From Selaginella moellendorffii (Eukaryota; Plantae; Lycopodiophyta), in the NCBI RefSeq assembly GCF_000143415.4, contig NW_003314273.1:630074-694073 (forward strand): a DNA stretch of 64,000 nt, given 5' to 3'. The translations under genes and the position numbers were made by a program. How positions within the stretch are numbered: position 1 is the stretch's first letter; each line of letters begins with the position of its first letter. The notes under the pieces are model-generated. The model searched no databases, was not told where the DNA came from, and saw only the letters and a program-made list of their open reading frames with translations. Below, in pieces: positions 36,176 through 49,044 of the stretch.

Positions 36176-37010
36176 TTAAATCTTGGTGGTGATGTCTCGG
36201 CCGGGAACGCACACGGCGGGCGGGGCCAACTCGAGCCGGGGTGTATATGGCAGCATATTGGCCTTGAGCTTCCGGATCACGTCCAGCCCTACGTTGAGCG
36301 CAGTTGCAGCGGACCTGTCCGGGATCATCAAGAGAGCACCACCACTTGTCTACACACACGCATCAGAAAAACGTTAAGAGAGAAGCTTTGTTTACCAGAG
36401 TTCCTGGGTTTTGGCTGTTGAGAGCCGAGATGTAAAACGCAGGCTTGGTCCCGACGTTGATCTCAAAGTGCATCATTCCCCGCGGGAATATCGTGATGTC
36501 GCCCGGGTTCAAGAGGTTGATGTGTGGTACTCCTGGAAAATCACCCCATATGTTCTTTATAAGATCGAGACAGAGAATCTTATTTTCCTACCAGCTGTAT
36601 CCACGAATCCAACTTGAAGTGGCCCGCCAGAGATCATGGTGAGGAGCTCGGAAGCTCGAGGGTGGGTGTGTGGGAGATTGACTCCACAGGGAACCATGTT
36701 AAAGTGTACATAAGTTATCCCTTGAGACCTGCAAAGAAAACCAAGGAAAACCTCGATTGGGATCTCCAAAGGCCAAGAGTTAAGAAAAGTACGTGATTCC
36801 TGGGAACAGTGTCGTGTTGATCGCTGCGCGAACGCCACCGGGTCCATTGCTCACGACGCCATTCTTGAACACATCTCGCAGCACGAAATTGCTAAGAGCT
36901 CCCGACCCCTCGAAATCTCGCAGCGGGTCGGGGTCGGCAGCGCTCACAAACACATTCCCGGCGGCAGCGCCCAGGATCATTACCACCAGCATCGACTTCT
37001 TGGACTCCAT
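36176..37010 (-). CDS. Germin-like/spherulin-like secreted cupin, apparently intact (4 exons)
   Basis: Signal peptide, ADPDPLRDF, box B PCGVNLPHTHPRASEL, box C PGDITIFPRGMMHF, SALNSQNPG. All three His and the Glu metal ligands are present. Three GT-AG introns; TATATAAA about 110 bp upstream. Confidence 0.9.
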
Positions 37011-37611
37011 CGCTCGAGATCTAGCCAAAGGAAGATTATCTCGTCTCCTTGTCAGAAACTTCGACTCAGGAAGAGAACGAGAGGGGGCGAACGATGATAA
37101 ATCTGCCAAGAGTGTGGGGTTTATATACTGTGGCAAGTCTCAAAGTCGGAGATTAAAAACTCTCCAAAAACACGCGTAGTCTCAATTGCCAAGCTGGTTA
37201 CGTTTCTAAATATTTTCTTTACGAAAAAAATTAAGGTAAAACTATTTTGACCTGACCAGGTCTCACTCACGTTCCAAATCGTAGATTCTACGAATGCATA
37301 CATACTCACAAGTTCTTACAAACCAATCCTTTGATTGTTTTAGATGGCAAGAAAAAACATGACGTAGAGTTTTTGGTACATACAAGGAGACTTACACTTG
37401 TCAGATACGGGAAATATTTTCTCCTTTTTTTTGTTCGCTCAATGTGCTGTGTCTGTCATAATCTATAGGAAGAATTATCGCAAAAGCAAAACAGAGAAGA
37501 AGATAGCTACGCAAGAATCGGGCTGAACTCTCTCCATCGAATCCGTCCACGCAAACCTGGAGAGAAACTTTAGCTCAAAGTTTTGTTACCTTTTCCCCAG
37601 GATACACCGTC

Positions 37612-38814
37612 TTGGATGACGCACTCCTCTTGAGTCCCAGAACAATCAGATATTTCTCACGACAGGCTTCTAGGGAGGAGACGTTACTGTTTAAATCAGT
37701 GAAACTTAGTCAATCTCAGCTTAGCATCCCCAGCTTCTCCAGCGATGCGTCTTTCTTGGAAAATCCAATGACACATCACCCGGAGAAACTCCACGACGTC
37801 GGACTTGCATCCGCCACACCCAAACAATCCGGCCATGATTCTTAAAGTGGCCTTCCCTTCCGAATATTCTTGTAACGAGTTTTGCAATGGTTTTAGCTCG
37901 TACCATTGGAGATTTGTGCTGCCGGGTGGATAGAGGAGCTTGATCAGGTCACCCAACAGAATGGTTTCTATCGAGAAAATCCAGAAGCAGCTTTCGACTT
38001 GGTACTCTGAAAGTCGATACAAGCATTCTCTGTTTCCTTTTCTTTCTTTAAATCCAGGTGATCACTTTGCAAAGTGTGTCGAGTTCGTGCATCGTTTAGC
38101 TTAGTTGGAGGGAATCGATTCCATTTTCTACTCCCAGCTAGTTTTGGAGCTTACAAGAGGAAACGAGCGACAAAACTGTTGCATAGGGTCACAGGAAAAG
38201 GATCTCCGTGAACACCGTTGGAGAATTTGATTTTCTCTTTCCAGCCATCTACGGTCGTAGAACACTGGAAGTCTCCGTGAAGGTTTTGCTCTAAAGTGGA
38301 AGCAACTCAAGTAATATATAGTAAGTCTCGAAAATATTGTTGGTGGTGATTGTGAGTCACCATCACCACCATTAATGATGGCGAAGAATGGCGGACCATG
38401 GGGGAGTGATGTAGGTTTAGTCCCATGCTCCTCAGTCGGACACACATGATTATGACAGTGAAAAAGTGGTTCATTTATACGCTTCTTACATGGATTTTTT
38501 TCTTCTTCTTTTTGCCTTTGTACAATTACAGATTGCAAGCTGGCCTAAAATTTCCACTAATGATTTCATGTATCTAATCTCGAAATATAATATGGTGTCA
38601 AAGTTGGTGTAACCAACAAGGTTGATGGCTCCACGCATTCAGACTATTACATCGTGGAGGCAGATAATACCCATTCATCAAGGGAAAATCTATGGTTGGG
38701 AAATTTTTAATGCGAATGGAAGTCAGAGTGCAAAGAATGCCAATAGCAAGAGCTAAAGCCTCGTATAGAATGGATGAAGCACAGCCATGGCTCAGAAACT
38801 ATTCACGCTTGTAG
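37612..38814 (+). pseudogene. Possible degenerate coding region of unknown family (duplicated at ~44750-45810)
   Basis: Coding-like composition and open stretches (FPAIYGRRT; FIKGKSMVGKFLMRMEV...QPWLR.YSRL) interrupted by stops in both copies. No recognised domain. Confidence 0.25.
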
Positions 38815-40903
38815 TACTTCTCCAAGACTGGGCCCAAGAACACATGACATGAGCAAGGTCCCCAATTTGAAGATCACCTGAATACTTTTTCTTTTCGTCT
38901 CTAGGTGGAGAAGTACTACTAGCGAATAGTATCTGAGTCATGGCTGTCACGTTGTAAAATTGTCACATTGTTGTGTACAATTGGATGCTATTTTTGTTGG
39001 TGAGGCATCTTGTTTTAGATCGTAAGGCCCAACTAAAAATCCAAGTACAAACTTTGTTTTCATAACAAATTTGATTCTCAAATTTCAAGATTATGTTTGA
39101 CTAAATCAGATTGTATCAGAGTAAATTTAAATTCAAAAGTTGACAAAAAAGTCATCAAAACTTTGAAAATTCATTCCTTGGACGAAGGCCAAAGCTTTGG
39201 GTAATTAGGTCAGCAAATACGAAGGTGTACTTCAAGGCTAACCTATATGCATTTCCATTAATCATGGTTATCATTTCATTTGCTGCCAAAAAGTGTGGGA
39301 GTAATTATCATATTATTACCTTTCCTTTACCAGGTTATACTTGTGGTGTGTACTAAACTCTAGTACTAGTAGTTAGAGGTTACAAAAATTGACTTTGATA
39401 AAAGTTCCAATTAAATTTTCATATTACCAAGTTATACAGATAAGGCCATTGTAACAACTCAAGACTGAGAATCATATACTATGGCTAGCGTTTTTATTAC
39501 CAGCTTTATTATAAATTGTCCAAGAACTTTGTGATATGTGATATTACATAAAGTTGTTAGACCAATATAGATTTATTTTTGCATATTACTTTTAGGACTT
39601 CAAAATAGGTAGAAATTATAAATTACATAAATTTTGCAAAAATAATTCTAAACTGGTGTTTATTATATTTCTTTAATATTTCTTTATCACACCCTTTTGA
39701 TCCCATTCATATTCCACCACCACTTTCTCCATAAGTCAGCACTAGTGATTAGAAGTTTGAGTTTGCTATTATACTTGACTTGACAAAATTTAGATGTTTT
39801 ATTAGTGATTGCACTTGGGTGCTTGCTTCTTATCTTACTCATGCGTTGCTTAGTAATTTCCATCATTGAAACCTAATCCTACATCAATTCAATTGCTATT
39901 TGATGCTTGGCATCAAAAGGGATGATGTTAGCACAAATTAAAGCACTTGCAGGTCGAACAGGCAAGCAGTTGACGAGTTTATGGCCTGGTATATGAAGAT
40001 GCACGAGCTAGATATGTACCAGAGCATGCGTCAGAACAAGGAGTTAAGTGCGCCAATTTTACATTCTCAGTTATTTGAGTTCGAAAAGAATAACATTCAG
40101 GCAAATCATTGGTTTCTTTATTTATATTTATGGTTTTTCAAATGGAAAAATGAAAATTTCGAAAAGTAGATGGATGTTGCAACATGTGGAGCAGGCTCAT
40201 GTGTGACATTAGCGATTTTGAAGTGTAGTACTGTCCTTTCTGGCTGGATTTCCTTCCCGGTGGCTGTCCGGAATGGGAGATGGCCAGCTACAAAGATACA
40301 CAAGGATTATCGGTGAGAGCTATTGTGGAAGAACGAGAGTGCTGTGAGGAAGCTCCAGGTGAAGATGGATATCAAGTCAGCAAGATCGGCCACCAAGGGC
40401 AGCAAGGGCCAGGCTTTTTCTTCAGCCCCGTCACCAGATCGGAAGAAGGTGATATGTTGAGGATGCTGATGCCATAGAGAGTTTGGAAATCATTCATGCA
40501 GATTCAGGAAACCTTGCAGTCCAGTAGGACTTGTTTCCACCAGTCAGTGCCTCATCGTCAATGAATGCATTGTTATACAGTGACGTGAGCGAATTTGTCT
40601 CTCGTAAACTTTGAACTCTTCAACTATTTTCGCTGCTATCTGGTAACAAACAATAGTATACCATGGGAACTGGAAAGCTTCTGGCTCGTCAAGGAGTGTA
40701 GCATGTGTTCAGGATCTCCTTGTTCTTTGCAACCTTGGAGTAGGGGGAACCGAAAATACACATGGCAACGATGCTTTCCTGAAAAAACGAACATTCAATT
40801 TCGAAAGGATTTACCTTTCCAGGAGTCCTGGCACATCAGCGATTTGTGTTGGCCGCTACTTAACTCAACACAGAGTTTGTTTTACCTCTTAGAGCCTCTG
40901 CTC

Positions 40904-40994
40904 TCGAGTCCTGCCGTGTCAGTGAGTCCCGCCACATCAGCGTGTCCTGCCATATCAGCGAGTCCCACCACGGTAGCGAGTCCTGCCACATCAA
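40904..40994. repeat. 18-bp degenerate minisatellite (gcgagtcctgccacatca-like, ~5 copies)
   Basis: Directly visible tandem units. Confidence 0.75.
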
Positions 40995-41933
40995 GGATTT
41001 GTGCTGGTCGCCACGTTACTCAGAATAACCTTTCTAAAAATACGGTATCCCCAGGACCTTGCCGTGTGCGCGTAATTTTCAGCTTGCAAGTTTCTGCAGT
41101 GTTATTCAAAGCCGGCAAATCCACCACGTAGCCAGCTCTGTCTAGTATCCCAAAAGCAGCGTTTGCCAAGTTCTTCAGTAAAGCATTTGAGAACTCCGTA
41201 TACTGATCAACCAGCAACACATCTAGTAGGCGAATCGATGATGAGAAGACCCTAACCCCTGCTCATCTGAGCCATATTATGCACATATAGTGCATTTAGG
41301 ATTAGTAAGTTAGTTTTCAAATCCAGTATTTTATTGGTAGTTTCATCCCCTCCTCTCTGATACATATACTTTATTATTACCTATATTCATTAAAATTAGT
41401 TATGATAACTAAAAGTTATTATAGAAATATATGTTTACAATAAAAAATAAATTAGAATCAAAAGTAATAAAAGAGTAGAATCCAAAATGATAGCTGAAAA
41501 TATTATTCATTAGAAAAGTATTTTATAAATATAAAAATTCTTTTCAATTTACTATATATAGAGAATTATTTTTTATATGATCTTTAAAAAATTACTTATT
41601 TTTCATAAGAATTAAATATACCATACAATTTTTTTTAACATGCTATAAATTAAATACCAATAATGCATATCCACTTGAAACTTTCTAGTTTCTCAATTAA
41701 CTTGGGTAGAGACTAAAAAAAATTTAGCAATACTGACCTCCTACTATTATGATTTTTTACCCACAGTCACATTAGTGACACTTGAAACTAAGATCAAGTT
41801 TAACTCTACAAAAGTTCTCCCCTTCATTGATAATGAAGTGAAATATCGCAACAGAAACACCACCATGCTCCCCTTTGTGCTAATTGGCATGATTTTTTTT
41901 TAAAAAGGTAAATGTAAACAAAGAAGAGGAACA

Positions 41934-42795
41934 TTAAATCTTGGTGGCGATGTCTTGGCCGGGAATGCACACACTGGGCGTGGCCAACTCGAGCTGGGGT
42001 GTATATGGCAGCATATTGGCCTTGAGTTCCCTTATCATGTCCAGTTCTACATTAACCGCTGTTGCAGTGGAGCTGTCTGGAATCATCAACAGAGCACCAC
42101 CACTTGTCTGTAGAAACAGATACACAAAATTATTAAGAAAAAAGAAAAAAGTAAATAACTTCAGAAAAAAACAAGAAGGAAGCTGGCGATGTTGTTTTGT
42201 TTACCAGAGTTCCTGGGTTTTGGCTGTTGAGAGCCGAGATGTAAATCGCAGGATTGGTCCAACGTTGAGCTGAAAGTGCATCGGTCGTCACAGGAAAACC
42301 ATGAGATCGCCTGGGTACAAGAGGTTGACGCGTGGTACTTCTGGAAAATCACATCGTATTCAATGATCTTTACGGGATCAAGATCGAGAGATTGGACTTA
42401 TTTCCTACCGCCTGTATCAACGAAACTGGCCCACCGGAGACCATGGTCAGGAGCTCCAAAGCTCGAGGGTGCGTATGTGGGACATTGACTCCACAAGGAA
42501 CCATATGAAACTGGACATAAGTTATTCCTTGAGACCTTCATAGAAACAAACGAAAGAACAAGCCATGAGTTTTGAGAACTGAAAAAAGAATACGTGATTC
42601 CTGGGAAGATTGTCGTGTTGATTGCAGCCACGAACACCACCGGGTCTATTGCGAACATCCCCATTAACATCTCGTAGCACGAAATCGCTAAGAGCTCCCT
42701 ACGCCGCGAAATCTCGCAGTGGATCGGGATTGGCGGCGACTAACACATTCAAGCACCCAAGATCACCACTGCCAACAAAGCTTCTTGAAATCCAA
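41934..42795 (-). pseudogene. Germin-like cupin pseudogene (copy A')
   Basis: All four exons are recognisable, but the start reads TTG, with in-frame stops (e.g. DF AA*; VFL*) and frameshifts. Exon 4 is still open. Confidence 0.85.
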
Positions 42796-42855
42796 CGGTA
42801 AAGAAAAAAAGTATCCAAATGCGATCAATGTCTCGTTGTGCTTGAGAAACAATAG

Positions 42856-42891
<36 letters not shown>

Positions 42892-43433
42892 AAAAGAAAA
42901 AGTAAGAACGAAATGAGGGAAGAGGGCATCGAGCTTGTATTCATGCATTCAAGAGAACGTGTGGTTTTGGAAAATTTCTTAATTCAAATTCCTCACAGCC
43001 TTCGGAGACTTATCCCAGTAACAATCTCTTTATCATATCGACTTTTCTCGTAGAAAAGGTTTTTAACCATTTGGAAAGTTAGTTGGGGCATTGCACTAGC
43101 CATTACAGTCGCTCCATTAAGTCAAGCTTTGGTGATACAGCGATCAGGTCACTCACTACAGCGCTCCCTCTACCTAGTGGATTTTGCAATAGAAACCACT
43201 TGATCAACCACATGATCAAGCTACAAGCTCAATCTCCAAGCAATTCTCTGCAATGAAATCAGTAGGTAGAGGGTAAATCATCCAGAAAATCCAGCAGCAG
43301 CACGAGACTTGGACGCGACCATTCTCTTGCTTCGAAACAAAGTCAGCCTTTAAATATAAGTGTTCCCATCAAAAAGCCAAACAAGTCAAGGATGGATCAC
43401 TTCAGTTACAGTGGACAATGTAAACAAAGGACC

Positions 43434-44239
43434 TTAAATCTTGGTGGTGATGTCTCGGCCGGGAACGCACACGGCGGGCGGGGCCAACTCGAGCCGGGGC
43501 GTATATGGCAGCATATTGGCCTTGAGCTTCCGGATCATGTCCAGCCCTACGTTGAGTGCAGTTGCAGCGAACCTGTCCAGGATCATCAAGAGAGCACCAC
43601 CACTTGTCTACACACACACACACATTAGAAAAACGTTAAGAGAGAAGCTTTGTTTACCAGAGTTCCTGGGTTTTGGCTGTTGAGAACCCAGATGTAAAAC
43701 GCAGGCTTGGTCCCGACGTTGATCTCAAAGTGCATCGTTCCCCGTGGGAATATCGTGATATCGCCCGGGTTCAAGAGGTTGATGCGTGGTACTCCTGGTA
43801 AATCACCCCATACGTTCTTTATAAGATCGAGAGAGAGAATCTTATTTCCTACCAGCTGTATCCACGAATCCAACTTGAAGTGGCCCGCCAGAGATCATGG
43901 TGAGGAGCTCGGAAGCTCGATGTGGGAGATTGACTCCACAGGGAACCATGTTAAAGTGTACATAAGTTACTGCAAAGAAAACCAAGGAAAACCTCGATTG
44001 GGATCTCCAAAGGCAAAGAGTTAAGAAAAGTACGTGATTCCTGGGAACAGTGTCGTGTTGATCGCTGCGCGAACGACACCGTTGCTCAAATTCTTGAACA
44101 CATCTCGCAGCACGAAATTGCTAAGAGCTCCCGACCCCTCGAAATCTCGCAGCGGGTCGGGGTCGGCAGCGCTCACAAACACATTCGCGGGGGCAGCGCC
44201 CAGGATCATTACCACCAGCATCAACTTCTTGGACTCCAT
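43434..44239 (-). pseudogene. Germin-like cupin, recent pseudogene (copy B')
   Basis: Near-identical to 36176-37010. It has an 11-nt deletion at the start of exon 2 (frameshift) and a 9-nt deletion removing T-H-P of the HTHP metal-binding motif. Confidence 0.85.
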
Positions 44240-47200
44240 CGCTCGAGATCTAGATTATCTCGTCTCCTTGTTCTTCAGAAACTTTGATTCAGGAAGAGAA
44301 CGAGACGGGGCGAACGATGATAAATCCCAAGAGTGTGGGGTTTATATACTGTGGCAAGTCTCAAAGTCAGAGATTAAAAACTCTCCAAGAGTCTCAATTG
44401 CCAAGCTGGTTACGTTTCTAAATCTTTTCTTTACAAAAAATTAAGGTAAAACTATTTTGACCTGACCAGGTCTCACTCACGTTCCAAATCGTAGATTTTA
44501 CGAATGCATACATACCCACAAGTTCTTACAAACCAATCCTTTGATTGTTTTAGATGGAAACTTCGACAAGAAAAAACATGACGTAGAGTTTTTGGTACAT
44601 ACAAGGAGACCTCACACTTGTGAGATACGGGGAATATTTTCTCCTTTTTCTTGTTCGCTCAATGTGCTGTGTCTGTCATAATCTATAACTAGTGGAAGAA
44701 TTATCGCAAAAGCAAAACAGAGAAGAAGAAAGCTACGCAAGAATCAGGCACGTTACTGTTTAAATGAGTGAAACTTAGTCAATCTCAGCTTAGCATCCCC
44801 GCTTCTCCAGCGATGCGTCTTTCTTGGAAAATCCAATGACACATCACCCGGAGAAACTCCACGACGTAGGGCTTTGGACAGCGCATGCGCCACACACAAA
44901 CAATGATTCTTAAAGTGGCGTTCCCTTTCGAATATTCTTGTAACGAGTTTTGCAATGGTTTTAGCTCGTACCAGCGAATTGCTTGGAGATTTGTGCTGCC
45001 GGGTGGATAGAGGAGCTTGATCAGGTCACGCAACAGACTGGTTTCTATCGAGAAAATCCAGAAGCAGCTTTCGACTTGGTACTCTGAAAGTCGATACAAG
45101 CATTCTGTTTCCTTTTCTTTCTTTAAATCCAGGTGATCACTTTGCAAAGTGTGTCGAGTTCGTGCATCGTTTAGCTTAGTTGGAGGGAATCGATTCCATT
45201 TTCTTCTCCCAGCTAGTTTTGGAGCTTACAAGAGGAAACGAGCGAGAAAACTGTTGCATAGGGTTCACTGGAAAAGGATCTCCGTGAACACCGTTGGAGA
45301 ATTTGATTTTCTCTTTCCAGCCATCTACGGTCGTAGAACACTGCTCCGTGAAGGTTTTGCTCTAAAGTGGAAGCAACTCAGGTAATATAACTCTCGAAAA
45401 TATTGTTGGTGGTGGGTGGTGATTGTGGGTCACCATTAATGATTGCGAAGAATGGCGGACCATGGGGGAGTTATGTAGGTTTAGTCCCATGCTCCTCAGT
45501 CAGACACAAGTGATTATGTACAATTACAGATTGCAAGCTGGCCTAAATTTTCCACCTGCAGTCGTTATGAATGATTTCATGTATCTAATCGGTGTCATAC
45601 GATCCATGTGTTGGTGTAACCAACAAGGTTGATGGCTCCACCCATTCAGACTATTACATATTCATCAAGGGAAAATCTATGGTTGGGAAATTTTTAATGC
45701 GAATGGAAGTCACGAATGAAGGAGTGCAAAGAATGCCAATAGCAAGAGCCAAAGCCTCGTATAGAATGGATGAAGAACAGCCATGGCTCAGATACTATTC
45801 ACGCTTGTAGTACTTCTCTAAGACTGGGGGCCCATGCTCCCCCAAGAACACATGAGGCGAGTGAGGTCCCCCGATTTGAAGATCACCTGAATACTTTTTC
45901 TTTTCGTCTCTATGAATAGTACCTGAGCCATGGCTTGATCAATTACACAACAATGTGACAATTTTACAACGTGCTGACAGGTACAATTGGATGCTATTTT
46001 TGTGGTGAGGCATCTTGTTTTAAATCTTAAAGCCCAACTAAGAATCCAAGTACAAACTTTGTTTTCATAACAAATTTGATTCTCAAATTTCAAGATTATG
46101 TTTGACTAAATCAGATTGTAGCAGATGGAGGAAGCCAGATTTAGCTATATATGGCTAAAGATTTAGGTAATTCAATTAACAAATATGAAGGTGTACTTCA
46201 AGGCTAGCCTATGTGCACTTCCATTCATCATGGTTGTCATTGCATTTGCTGCCAAAAGTGTAGGAGTAGTTACCACTGTTACTACCTTTACCAGGTTTGT
46301 TGGACTCTAGTACCAAACTCTAGTATTAGTAATTGGAGGTTACAAGAACCAAATTATATAGGTGAAACCATTGTAACAAATCAAGACTGAGAATTATATG
46401 CTATGGGTAGCATTTCTAGTACCAGCTTTACTATAAATTGTCCAAGAACTGTGTGATATTTGATATTACATAAAGTTGTTAGCCACACTAAACCAACATA
46501 CATTTGCATATTACCATGAGGAAATTGTAAATTATATAAATTTTACAAAAATAATTCTAAATTGATATTTCATATTTCTTTATTAAAACTTTATCACACC
46601 ACTCATATTCCACCACCACCACCTTCTCTAGAGGTCATTACTAATGAATAGGAGTTTGATAATTAACTTAAAGTATTAATGTCATAAACTTTAGGTATTT
46701 TCTAAGTGATTTTATTTGGATGTCTACTTTTTTATCTTACTCATGCTTCTAAGTTTGCCATCTCTCTATATTTACTAAATAGTATAATCATTACTAGTGT
46801 TTAAAATACTAAACTTTTGCTCATGGGATTTGAACTCAAGACATGTTATGTATATGTCATTAGAAAGGTTTTGTAAAAATGTAAAAATTATTTTCAAATT
46901 ACTAGATATAGAGAATTATTTTGTTGCATGGACTTTAACAAGTTATTCATTTTTCATAAGAATTGAATGTAGCATACAACAAATCTCAATATGTCATAAA
47001 TTAAGTACCAATAATGTGTGTGTGTGTGTGTATATATATATATAAGGAGTTTCAACCAGTTAAGAAAAAGTTAATAAGTTATTCAAGTCTACAGTTTTTT
47101 ATCAAATATTAAATCAAGGAAAATTATTATAAAGTTAAAATAAAATAATTAAATTTTATTAGATGTATTATCAACTATATTTTAAAATATATTAATTTTT

Positions 47201-48090
47201 TAAGTAAAAAACTAGTTTTCAATCTTAAAGATATTGTCAATCATTATTATACCAAATTTAATCATATTATGTTAGCTAAATACCAAACCTATTTACTTTG
47301 TAATATAAATAATTTCTGTAAATATTTTAAAAAGAAACATGTCCATGAAAGTAAAAATTATACAGACATACAATCAAAGAAAAAAGCTAGCTCCATACCA
47401 TGATAAGTAAAATTTTTAGGTTTATAAATTTAATAAATTATTAATTAAATTAAATTTATTAAATATTCATATAAAAAGAAGAAATAGTGATAATTTTCAA
47501 TAATGGTGTTTCTTAAGTTGCACAAAATAGGATATGTATAAAATAAAATAATAAAAAAAATTTAAAGGATCCATTTATTCAAAATGCTCTACCAAAAGGT
47601 CCATAAAATGTAACTAATCATGATGATAATGTTATTGAATTAATTTAGAAAATAAAGTATGAATGATATGTATAAGTGTTAAATGTGTATTATTTTCTTT
47701 CATTTTACTTTTGACATATTTAATTCTCAAACTTATTAGTTTTTTATTACTTTAAGATTACATATTCTATACATATTCTATTCTCAAACTTATTAGTTTC
47801 TTAAAATATTTGATCTAGAAGTAATATCATAATTTGGAGTATAAATTAGTATATTATTTATAGCAAGGCTTAATAAATTTTTCATATTTTAAAAACATCA
47901 TAGGGAGCATACCTTATTTGAGTGGAATTGTTGTAGCAAAGGAAAACACCTACTATATATTTGCTATCATAAAATTTGTTATGCATGTTTTTGTAGAAGG
48001 TATGATAGGTCTATATTATAACCTTGAAAATAAAAAAGTTTAAAAACCATATAAAAATTTGAAATAACTACTCATTTTTTTAGGCTTGCC

Positions 48091-48684
48091 TGTAAGCTCT
48101 TGAGTTTGGACTTCCCAGAAGGTCACCCAGCCCAGTACTATTCAAACCCAAGGACGCTTAACCCCAAATATCCCAAGACCCTTAACCGATTAGAAAAGGG
48201 GGTGCACTCTTGTTCATGGGCCCTTTCCCTCTATATTTGAACCCCATGGATCATCTCTCAAGTCGTTCCCTTTGGTTGCTTACAATCCACCATACTTCCC
48301 TGTAAGTTCACACCCTCGTGAACGGAAGCTAAGAGCCGCAGCTCTCCTGAGAGCCTTGCTCTCTTGACACCCTACCCCTCGGGTCGAGCCCAGCGGGAAC
48401 AAACTGGACCAGCCAGATGTCAATCAACATGTGGTGTGATTCCCCTAAGCCAACCAACAAAGTTGGACCCGAGACCCCTCTGATACCAAATGTAAGCTCC
48501 TGAGTTTGGACTTCCCGGGAGGTCACCCAACCCAGTACTATTCAAACCCAAGGACGCTTAACCCCAAATATCCCAAGACCCTTAACCGATTGAAAAAGGA
48601 GGTGCACTCTTGTTCATGGGCCCTTTCCCTTTATATTTGAACCCCATGGATCGTCTCTCAAGTCGTTCCCTTTGGTTGTTTACA
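48091..48684 (-). mobile_element. Complete Cassandra-type TRIM (non-autonomous LTR retrotransposon with 5S rRNA-derived sequence in its LTRs)
   Basis: Two 194-bp LTRs (48091-48284, 48491-48684), TG...CA ends, about 10 differences; 5-bp TSD TTGCC; PBS TGGTATCAGAG (tRNA-iMet) at 48478-48488; purine-rich PPT at ~48285-48300; 206-bp non-coding interior. Confidence 0.95.
48108..48162 (-). promoter_or_regulatory. 5S rRNA internal control region-like segment in the LTR (second copy at 48508-48562)
   Basis: Minus strand GTTAAGCGTCCTTGGGTTTGAATAGTACTGGGCTGGGTGACCTTCTGGGAAGTCC resembles the plant 5S core GTTAAGCGTGCTTGGGCGAGAGTAGTACTAGGATGGGTGACCTCCTGGGAAGTCC (A box, IE, C box). Confidence 0.9.
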
Positions 48685-49044
48685 TTGCCTTAGGACACTC
48701 TTAGTATCAATGCATTCTAATTTTATGGTAGAGGTGGCACATCTGAGTGTGTAGGAGATGGCTGTAACAATGTAGAAGTGTGATCTCTAAACAATAGTAT
48801 CTTTATTAATGTCCTGATGAATATGTCAATTGTGATATCTTCATTAGTGCCGAATTTAATTTCTTATGCTCTTTTGCTTTCAACAGCTTTTTAAGGTAGT
48901 ATTATTTTTTTATTTTACAAAAAAAGAATTTTAGTTAGTCAAAGAATAAAAGATTTAAAAAGTTTTTTTTTTTTTTAAAAAAAAAGATTGACCATGGGCT
49001 CTTATATGGCTAAGGTTATTTGAATAACCTTTGTTCCATGGACC

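Larger units (their letters stand above)
34016..39850 (+). repeat. Segmental tandem duplication, unit 1 (pairs with 41784-46745)
   Basis: Colinear identity of both germin genes, their promoters and ~2.5 kb of flanking sequence (e.g. aaactaagatcaagttt; ttttatcttactcatgc). Confidence 0.88.
41784..46745 (+). repeat. Segmental tandem duplication, unit 2
   Basis: Colinear with 34016-39850, with many short deletions. Confidence 0.88.

Noticed and set aside
47040-48085. Very AT-rich tract as a possible element or boundary
   Set aside because: No termini, TSD or periodicity that I could support, apart from a short local duplication.
48108-48162. Functional 5S rRNA gene
   Set aside because: Only the ~55-nt central part matches, and it lies within paired LTRs.
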